From: an uncultured bacterium
Lineage (GTDB): Bacteria; Krumholzibacteriota; Krumholzibacteriia; Krumholzibacteriales; Krumholzibacteriaceae
DNA length: 64,000 nt
Direction of reading: 5' to 3'
Assembly: GCA_963813815.1 (NCBI GenBank)
Contig: CAWFAD010000016.1
Span: 544,001 to 608,000 of the forward strand
Under the pieces are notes generated by a model. That model was not told the origin of the DNA and made no database searches. It saw only the letters and a list, made by a program, of their open reading frames with translations. Made by a program: the position numbers and the translations under genes. This document shows, one piece after another, positions 57,278 to 64,000 of the stretch; position 1 is the stretch's first letter; each line of letters begins with the position of its first letter.

Positions 57278-58276
57278 CTACCGTACGACGAGCTCGCCCG
57301 TCTCGAGGCTGATACGGCGCGTGATGGAGGTCACCGCGAGCCCGCCGATCCGCATCTCCGCCGAGGGATCGTCCGGATCGGCGCCCTCGACGATGATGCG
57401 CGCGAGGCTGTCGGTGTCCTTGCCCTGCTCGACGACGAGGTTGCCCGAGGTAACCACGCCGTGGCGGAGCAGATACGAGGTGAGGCCGGCGGCGGCGGTT
57501 CCCGACGCCGGATCCTCCCAGACGCCGATGGCCGGGGCGAAGTGGCGCAGATACGCCGTGCAATCGCTCGTATACACGTCGAGAGAGAACAGATGATTCG
57601 TGTGAATTCCGTATCGGCTGTTCATGAGACCGAGCTTGATGAGATCGGGATTCATGTCGCGGATCGTTTCCTTGTGAAGCACGGGGATCATGAGCTGCTC
57701 GAGCCCCGTTGAGACGATCTCGAGCGGCAGCCCCGTCCGCGTGATCTCGCTCGAATCGATGCCGCAGTATTTCGCGATCTCCTGGGCCGAGACGTTCGAC
57801 GGCCGATGCCCCCTGATCGCCTGATGGAGCATGATCTTCTCGAGCTCGCCGGCGGGCTTGCCGTTGACGGAGACGATCGAGGCGCGCGCCGCGCCGCCGC
57901 GGGGAGCGCACGCCGGAGCTCCGGCGGCGTAGTGAATGTCGAGCCGGACGAGACCGGCCCGCGTCTCGAAGAGCGCCTTCGTCATGCCGTTCTCGAGGGG
58001 GATGCGTCCCTCCTCGATGAGCGCGTGGCAGGAGGCGATGAGGGCGTGTCCGCTCAGGTCGAACTCATCGGATTGCGTGAAGAACCGCACGCGGAAGAGA
58101 GCCCCCTCCAGCGATGGCAGCGTGACGAAGGCGATTTCGGAGAGGCTCATTTCCGCCGCGATGGCCTGCATCGTTTCGCTCGAGAGGGGTTCCGCCTCGG
58201 TGACGACGCCCGCCGGATTGCCGGCGAACGGAGTCGTCGTGAACACGTCGACCTGCTTCATCGTAATGTCCTGCAT
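57278..58276 (-). CDS. PhzF-family protein (second, divergent copy)
   Basis: VDVFTTTPFAGNPAGV, SEIAF, EFDLSGHA, STGL, RHFAP..EDPASG, EQG. Confidence 0.88.
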   Translation of the reverse strand: MQDITMKQVDVFTTTPFAGNPAGVVTEAEPLSSETMQAIAAEMSLSEIAFVTLPSLEGALFRVRFFTQSDEFDLSGHALIASCHALIEEGRIPLENGMTKALFETRAGLVRLDIHYAAGAPACAPRGGAARASIVSVNGKPAGELEKIMLHQAIRGHRPSNVSAQEIAKYCGIDSSEITRTGLPLEIVSTGLEQLMIPVLHKETIRDMNPDLIKLGLMNSRYGIHTNHLFSLDVYTSDCTAYLRHFAPAIGVWEDPASGTAAAGLTSYLLRHGVVTSGNLVVEQGKDTDSLARIIVEGADPDDPSAEMRIGGLAVTSITRRISLETGELVVR

Positions 58277-58477
58277 ATCCGATTCCTCCCCGGCGATACA
58301 TTGCAAAACGAGAAGCTCGCGGTGCAAAGTCCGGTGTTCTTCCCGCTTTTCCCGAAAGCTTCCCGCTCGTATCCGAAAATCCCTTTAATTTTGTAACTGC
58401 TTATCGTCATGTGAGTTACCTTTTTAGTCCGGCCGGTATTCCGGCCGGCGGGTTCCGCGGGTTTCCCCGTCCCCCGG

Positions 58478-58493
58478 TGGTATAGCAATTGCA
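58478..58493 (+). promoter_or_regulatory. Sigma54 promoter TGGTATAGCAATTGCA of che operon
   Basis: TGGYAY-N4-TTGCA (GG-N10-GC); AT-rich IHF-like tract 58380-58425 upstream. Confidence 0.65.
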
Positions 58494-58628
58494 AATCCGG
58501 TTCCGAACATCGGTCCCGGCATCTCGTCGGGCAGGGTCGGAAATCTTGGGAAAGAACACCGCGGGCCCCGCAGACGGCGGCTCGCGAGCGCCGGCGCCGC
58601 TTCATGAGCGCCGGACCGGAGCGCTTCG

Positions 58629-59480
58629 ATGACTCGCGCCGCCACCGACATGGAGCTCGTCGATCTCATTGCGCGGCTTCAGCTGAAGTTCGGGATGGAT
58701 CTTTCGAGCTATCGCCTGAACTGCCTCAAACGGCGCATCTCGCTCCGGATGTCGACGCTCCGCATCGATGGCGTCGACGGGTATTTCGCGTACATCTCGT
58801 CGAACCGCGGCGAGATCGAGGCGCTCCTCGACACGATCACGATCCACGTCACCGAGTTTTTCCGCGACGCGGACGTGTTCGAGGATATCGCGAGGGACGT
58901 CTTGCCGGGCATCGTCGAGCGCGCGCGGGGCGGCTCGGGAAGCCCCCTGCGCGTTTGGAGCGCGGGCTGCTCGACGGGCGAGGAAGCCTACAGTCTCGCG
59001 ATCGTCATTCTCGATTATCTGCGGTCGCACCGGATCGATATCGGCCTCGATCTGCAGGCCACCGACATTTCGAAGGAAGCCTGCCGCGTCGGCCGCCTCG
59101 GGATCTACGACCGGAGCAAGATCGAACATGTCCCGGCGGCGCTTCGCGACCGGTGCTTCGAGCCCGTCCCGGAAGGCTTCCGGGTCGCCGAGGCGGTGCG
59201 GCGGGCGGTTCATTTCGCGGTGCACGATCTCTTTCAGGGCGCTCCCTACGAGCGCCTCGATATGATCGTGTGCCGGAACGTTCTCATCCATTTCGATCAT
59301 ATCGCGCGCGACGAGGTGGTCAGGCGCTTTCACGGCGCGCTCGGTCCCGGAGGCATACTCGTGCTGGGCAAAACCGAGGCGATCACCGGCTCGGCCGGAG
59401 CGCTGTTCGACCTCGTCGATCCGAGAAGCAAATTGTATCGAAGCGTATGCTCCGTTTTTCCCGAAGGAGGAAAACGATGA
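58629..59480 (+). CDS. cheR: Chemotaxis methyltransferase CheR
   Basis: [38 protein letters not shown]. Confidence 0.95.
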   Translation: MTRAATDMELVDLIARLQLKFGMDLSSYRLNCLKRRISLRMSTLRIDGVDGYFAYISSNRGEIEALLDTITIHVTEFFRDADVFEDIARDVLPGIVERARGGSGSPLRVWSAGCSTGEEAYSLAIVILDYLRSHRIDIGLDLQATDISKEACRVGRLGIYDRSKIEHVPAALRDRCFEPVPEGFRVAEAVRRAVHFAVHDLFQGAPYERLDMIVCRNVLIHFDHIARDEVVRRFHGALGPGGILVLGKTEAITGSAGALFDLVDPRSKLYRSVCSVFPEGGKR

Positions 59481-60859
59481 AGTTGAGCATGCAGAACACG
59501 AGCGTCGGCTCAAAGGTATTTCTCGCGCTGGCGGCGGTGCTCGTCGCCGTATGGCTCGTCAACTACGGCGCCTTCCTGCAGCTGTCGAAGGAGGCGGCGA
59601 TGAAGGCGGCGAGCGTGGCCGCGTCTTCGTCTCCGGAGATGTCGCGGACGACGGCGATCACGCACGTTCGCTGGCGCGCCCTGTCCGTGTCGGCGGTGAG
59701 CCTGCTGGCCGGCTTGGGCGGCATCTGGCTCGTTCTGCACTTCATGCTCCGCCGCCCGATCGTGAACCTGCTCGCGTCGAGCCGCGCGCTGCTCAGCAAC
59801 GCGGGCGATCTCACGACGATGGTCGCGATCCGGTCGGATGACGAGATCGGAAGGCTCGGATCAGCCCTCAACGAGCTCTTTTCCAATACCGGCGGCATCA
59901 TCCGCATGATCCGGGCGACCGCCGACAAGGTCAACTTCTCGGCCCAGAACCTCTCCGCCGCGACCGAGCAGATGAACTCCATCACCGAGGAAACGTCGAC
60001 GACCGTGCAGAACATCGCCAAGTCCACCGACGTTCAGGCGCGCCAGGTCGACGAGATGATCAAGGAGATCCGCAACATGGAGCGCTCCGTGAAACAGGTT
60101 GCGAACAGCGCGGAGCTCGCCGCCTCGGCCGCGACGAACGCGTCGGAAACGGCGACGAAGGGCGGCGATTCGGCGAAAGAGGCCGTCGAGAAGATCAACA
60201 AGATCTACACCGTCATACAGGAATCGGCGGAGATCATCCGCCACCTCGGGGAACGGTCGAACCAGATCGACGAGATCGTCGACGTCATCACCGACATCGC
60301 CGACCAGACGAACCTGCTGGCCCTCAACGCGGCCATCGAGGCGGCGCGGGCGGGGGAGGCGGGCGCCGGTTTCGCCGTGGTCGCCGACGAGGTCCGCAAG
60401 CTCGCCGAGGGAAGCGCCGAGGCCGCCGACGAAATCGCCGCCCTCATCCGCAAGACGCAGGATGAGACGCGCACGGCGGTGAAGAGCATCGAGCTCGGCG
60501 CCAAGGAAGTCACGGAAGGCAAGGAAGTCATCACGCGCACGGGGCAATCGCTCGACGAGATCGTCGAAGTGCTCCGGAGTTCGTCGGATATGGCGCGGCG
60601 CATTTCCGCCGCGACCAAGGAGCTCTCGCGCGGCATGAAGAACGTCACGGGCTCGATCGACGCGATCTCCTCGAGCGCCGAGAAGAATGCTTCGGCGACG
60701 CAAGAGACGGCCGCCTCGATGGAGCAGATGACCTCGAGCATGGAGGACGTCGCTTCGTCGGCCCAGAAGCTGAGCGAAATGGCGATTCAGCTCCGCGAGC
60801 ACGTGGGCCGTTTCACCGTCGGCGCGATGGAGCGCGAGGAACAGGCGGCGTCGGCCTGA
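59477..60859 (+). CDS. Methyl-accepting chemotaxis protein (2 TM, HAMP)
   Basis: [46 protein letters not shown]. Confidence 0.95.
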   Translation: MKLSMQNTSVGSKVFLALAAVLVAVWLVNYGAFLQLSKEAAMKAASVAASSSPEMSRTTAITHVRWRALSVSAVSLLAGLGGIWLVLHFMLRRPIVNLLASSRALLSNAGDLTTMVAIRSDDEIGRLGSALNELFSNTGGIIRMIRATADKVNFSAQNLSAATEQMNSITEETSTTVQNIAKSTDVQARQVDEMIKEIRNMERSVKQVANSAELAASAATNASETATKGGDSAKEAVEKINKIYTVIQESAEIIRHLGERSNQIDEIVDVITDIADQTNLLALNAAIEAARAGEAGAGFAVVADEVRKLAEGSAEAADEIAALIRKTQDETRTAVKSIELGAKEVTEGKEVITRTGQSLDEIVEVLRSSSDMARRISAATKELSRGMKNVTGSIDAISSSAEKNASATQETAASMEQMTSSMEDVASSAQKLSEMAIQLREHVGRFTVGAMEREEQAASA

Positions 60860-60890
60860 CGGGCCGCGGGCGCGCGGAAGGGAAGCTTCC

Positions 60891-61391
60891 ATGAGACATA
60901 AAAGCACATTCGACAGATCGCGAACGGGAATGCAGCTCATCACCTTCCGGCTCGGGGCCGAGTACTACGGCATCCACGTGCCGAAGGTGCGGGAGATCCT
61001 GCGCCCGGTCGACCTGTTTTCCGTGCCGGGCATGGGCGAGCGGGTCGAGGGCGTCATCAACCTGCGAGGCGAGATCATTCCCATCGTGAAGATAGGCCCC
61101 CTCCTCGGTTTGGCCCTCGACGGCCAAAAGGACGCCGGCCGCAAGCGGCGCATGATCATCATCGACGACGCCGCCGGCAAGTTCGGCTTCTTCGTCGACG
61201 AGGTGCTCGAGGTGGCCCGCATCCAACCGAATGATCTGCAGGGCGCTCCGGCTCTCGGAGCGGCCGGACCAAGCGAAGGGGTCGTCACCGGCATCGTCAA
61301 GATCGCCGGCCGGATGATCGTATGCATCGATCCGGAGAAGATCGTCCGGGACGACATTTTGGCAAAGGAGCTCGTGATTGACGGTTCATGA
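60891..61391 (+). CDS. cheW: CheW
   Basis: LITFRLG.EYYGI..VREI, GVINLRGEIIP, GFFVDEV. Confidence 0.93.
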   Translation: MRHKSTFDRSRTGMQLITFRLGAEYYGIHVPKVREILRPVDLFSVPGMGERVEGVINLRGEIIPIVKIGPLLGLALDGQKDAGRKRRMIIIDDAAGKFGFFVDEVLEVARIQPNDLQGAPALGAAGPSEGVVTGIVKIAGRMIVCIDPEKIVRDDILAKELVIDGS

Positions 61392-61884
61392 GACGCGGCG
61401 GCAGGTGATCAGGGTGGAAGTCGCGCAGTACCGCATCGCGCAGGCGCCCGAAAAGATGATGACGATGGCGCTCGGATCGTGCCTCGGCATCGTGCTGTTC
61501 GACGCGACAACCGGTGTCGGGGCTCTCGCGCACGCGATGCATCCCCGGCGCGCTCAGGTGAAGAACAACGCGAACCGCGCCAAGTTCGTCGATTCCGTTC
61601 TGCCCATCATCGTCGACGGCATGGTGCGCTGGGGCGCGCGCCGCGAGCGCATCGTCGCCAAGATATTCGGCGGCGCGCGGATGTTCGAGAGCTACGCGGG
61701 GAGCACCGGGGTGCTGCAGATCGGCGACGAGAACATCGCCGTCGCGCGCGTGGAGCTCGAGACGATGGGCATACCGATCGTCGCCGAGTGCGTCGGCGGC
61801 ACGAGCGGCCGCACGATCGTTCTCGATCTCTCGAACGGCTCGGTGGCCGTCCGGGGCGTCGAAGCGGGCGAGGTGATCTGCTGA
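61378..61884 (+). CDS. cheD: Chemoreceptor deamidase CheD
   Basis: LGSCLGI, LAHAM, AKIFGGARMF, IGDEN, VGG..GR. Confidence 0.92.
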   Translation: MTVHETRRQVIRVEVAQYRIAQAPEKMMTMALGSCLGIVLFDATTGVGALAHAMHPRRAQVKNNANRAKFVDSVLPIIVDGMVRWGARRERIVAKIFGGARMFESYAGSTGVLQIGDENIAVARVELETMGIPIVAECVGGTSGRTIVLDLSNGSVAVRGVEAGEVIC

Positions 61885-62981
61885 TGGCCGAAGAACGCAA
61901 AGAAACCGGTGCGCGTCCGATCCGGGTCGTCGTCGGCGACGATTCTCCGCTCATGCAGCGGATGATCGTTCAAGCGCTCGAGGCCGATCCGGGAATTCGG
62001 GTCGTCGGCAAGGGGGCCGACGGCCGCGACGTGCTGAAGCTCGTTTCGGAGCTGCGGCCGGATTGCGTCACGCTCGATCTCGAAATGCCGAACATGGACG
62101 GCCTCGAAACGCTGCGCTACCTCATGAGCGAGTGGCCCACCCCCGTCGTGATCGTGAGCGCTCACACGGCCGAGAGCGCCGAAATAGCGCTCGCCTGCCT
62201 CGAGTATGGAGCGGTCGACATCGTCCCGAAGACGTGGGGCGGCAACCGCTTCACCGCCGGCGAACTCGCCGAAAAGGTGCGCGAGGCCGCGGGAATCGAC
62301 GTGCGCCGCCAGCAGTTCGGGCCGTCGGAGATCGCGATCGGTCCGAAATCGCGCACGGCCTTCGCGCCCGAGCTCGAGGCGGTCGTGATCATCGGGGCGA
62401 GCACCGGCGGGCCGCAGGCGCTCATGGACATCATGCCGAGGTTTCCGCGCGCTCTTCCGGCGGGCGTCGTCGTCGTGCAGCACATGCCGGCCGATTTCAC
62501 CAGGTATTTCGCCGAGCGTCTCGACGCGCGCGCCCTGCTCGACGCGTACGAGGCGCAGCAGGGAGATTTTCTGGCGCCGGGACGCATACTCGTCGCCCCC
62601 GGCGGGCTGCACCTCCTGCTCGGCGAGCGCGGCGGCCGGCCCGCCGTCATGCTGCTCGGAAAGAACGAACAGCAGCAGAGCGCCTGTCCGTCGATCGATT
62701 TCGCCATGGCATCCTTCGCTCCGGTGTTTCGGGAGCGGCTCATCGGCGTCGTGCTCACCGGCATGGGGCACGACGGCGCCGCCGGCTGCGCGGCTATTCG
62801 CGCCAACGGCGGCACGACCATATGCCAGGACCGCGCCTCGAGCCTCGTCTTCGGCATGCCGGGCGCGGCCGCCGAGGCGGGCGCGGCTGATTTCGTCGTT
62901 CCGCTCGACCGCATCGCCGACCGCATCATGAAAACGGTCAGCGATATAACGTCGCGGGAGACCTTGCATGAACACGAGTGA
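61884..62981 (+). CDS. cheB: Chemotaxis methylesterase CheB
   Basis: Receiver DDS..LDLEMP; GASTGG, VQHMP, LTGMGHDG. Confidence 0.95.
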   Translation: MAEERKETGARPIRVVVGDDSPLMQRMIVQALEADPGIRVVGKGADGRDVLKLVSELRPDCVTLDLEMPNMDGLETLRYLMSEWPTPVVIVSAHTAESAEIALACLEYGAVDIVPKTWGGNRFTAGELAEKVREAAGIDVRRQQFGPSEIAIGPKSRTAFAPELEAVVIIGASTGGPQALMDIMPRFPRALPAGVVVVQHMPADFTRYFAERLDARALLDAYEAQQGDFLAPGRILVAPGGLHLLLGERGGRPAVMLLGKNEQQQSACPSIDFAMASFAPVFRERLIGVVLTGMGHDGAAGCAAIRANGGTTICQDRASSLVFGMPGAAAEAGAADFVVPLDRIADRIMKTVSDITSRETLHEHE

Positions 62982-64000
62982 TTATCTGGAGCTCTACCGG
63001 AGCGAAGCGAGCGATTCTCTCCTGGCGCTCGAGAACGGGCTGATCGGGCTCGAGACGTCCGCGGAGCCGCTCGCGCACCTCAACGAGCTCTTCCGCAGGG
63101 CGCACAACCTCAAGGGGATCTCGGGAGCGATGGGATACGACGAGGTCGTCGAGGCGAGCCACGATCTCGAGAACGTGTTCGACGAGCTGCGCAAGGGGGC
63201 CGAGATCACGCCCGAGACGATGGACGGGCTCCTGGCGTCCGTCGATCGCCTGAAAACTCTCGTGCGGCGCGCCGCCGGCGAGGCCGCCGATGCTCAGTGC
63301 CCGGCGCGGGCGGCTTCCCCCGCGGCGGCTGAAGAAGCTCCGGCGGAGCGTCCCTCCGGCGTGCTCGGCGAGCGAATCACGGCCACGAAGGTCGGGCTCG
63401 AGCGTCTCGACCGGATCATGGATCTCGTCGGCGAGCTCGTCGTGAGCAGGATCCGCTGCAGCGCGATCGCGGAGGATCTCGGTTCGCGTCCGATTCTCGA
63501 CGAGCTCGCGCGCTCTTGGCGTCTCGTGTCTCAGATTCAGAAGGAGGTCATGGAGGCGCGGCTCATTCCCGTTGGCCATGTGTTCCAAAGGTTCCACCGG
63601 CTCGTGCGCGAGCTCTCCCGCGATACTGGAAAGCCGCTCAAGCTCGATATCAACGGCGCCGAAATCGGCCTCGACCGCGTCGTGCTCGAGGGAATGGTCG
63701 ATCCGCTCGTCCACCTCATCCGGAACGCCGTCGGCCATGGCATCGAATCGCCGGAGGAACGCCGCGCGGCGGGCAAGCCGGAGATGGGCCGGATCATTCT
63801 CAGCGCGAGCCGCGAGCGCAACCGCGTGGTCATCGAGGTCGTGGACGACGGCCGCGGCGTCGACCTCGATCGGATCGCGAGCGCGGCGGCCTCGCGCGCC
63901 GGCGATCTCACCGAGGACGATATCTGCCGCGTCATCACGGCCCCGGGATTCAGCACCGCGAGGGGCGTCGACACGATATCCGGCCGCGGCATGGGGATGA
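62968..64000 (+). CDS. cheA: Histidine kinase CheA (partial, runs off window)
   Basis: Manual translation: FRRAHNLKG (Hpt), DLVGEL, DPLVHLIRNAVGHGIE, DDGRG, PGFST..SGRGMG. Confidence 0.93.
   Translation, partial: MNTSDYLELYRSEASDSLLALENGLIGLETSAEPLAHLNELFRRAHNLKGISGAMGYDEVVEASHDLENVFDELRKGAEITPETMDGLLASVDRLKTLVRRAAGEAADAQCPARAASPAAAEEAPAERPSGVLGERITATKVGLERLDRIMDLVGELVVSRIRCSAIAEDLGSRPILDELARSWRLVSQIQKEVMEARLIPVGHVFQRFHRLVRELSRDTGKPLKLDINGAEIGLDRVVLEGMVDPLVHLIRNAVGHGIESPEERRAAGKPEMGRIILSASRERNRVVIEVVDDGRGVDLDRIASAAASRAGDLTEDDICRVITAPGFSTARGVDTISGRGMGM

Noticed and set aside
1..64000. CRISPR arrays, IS elements, prophage, rRNA
   Set aside because: No regularly spaced repeats, transposase, integrase, phage or rRNA signatures seen by eye.

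Overview
High-GC bacterial chromosome segment, probably from an anaerobic, diderm, peptide/amino-acid fermenter (inferred from gene content only; phylum not determinable here). About 55 CDS and one tRNA-Trp; no transposase, integrase, phage or CRISPR array seen. Contents: an ECF sigma/anti-sigma pair, a NikR-regulated Ni/Co ECF transporter with fused T and ATPase subunits, a PerR/rubredoxin/ferritin-like oxidative stress cluster, several peptidases (S9, SppA, C1A, PepD), an acyl-CoA transferase-GNAT / deacylase / butyrate kinase-phosphotransbutyrylase locus, AddB/AddA-like helicase-nuclease, two-component and HD-GYP genes, pruA, a tRNA-Trp/trpS/tryptophanase-like unit and the start of a che operon. 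At least seven frameshifts are present, four at short homopolymers, which suggests long-read indel errors. Best leads: (1) a tRNA-Trp with an atypical A73 discriminator heading an apparent operon with an Fe-S-type TrpRS and a divergent tryptophanase; (2) an unannotated, highly structured ~340-nt transcript behind a NarL-type two-component system, whose putative operator recurs upstream of an HD-GYP gene; (3) a possible lysine-acylation writer/eraser module coupled to a Buk-Ptb fusion. All functional calls come from motif recognition by eye; no searches were run.
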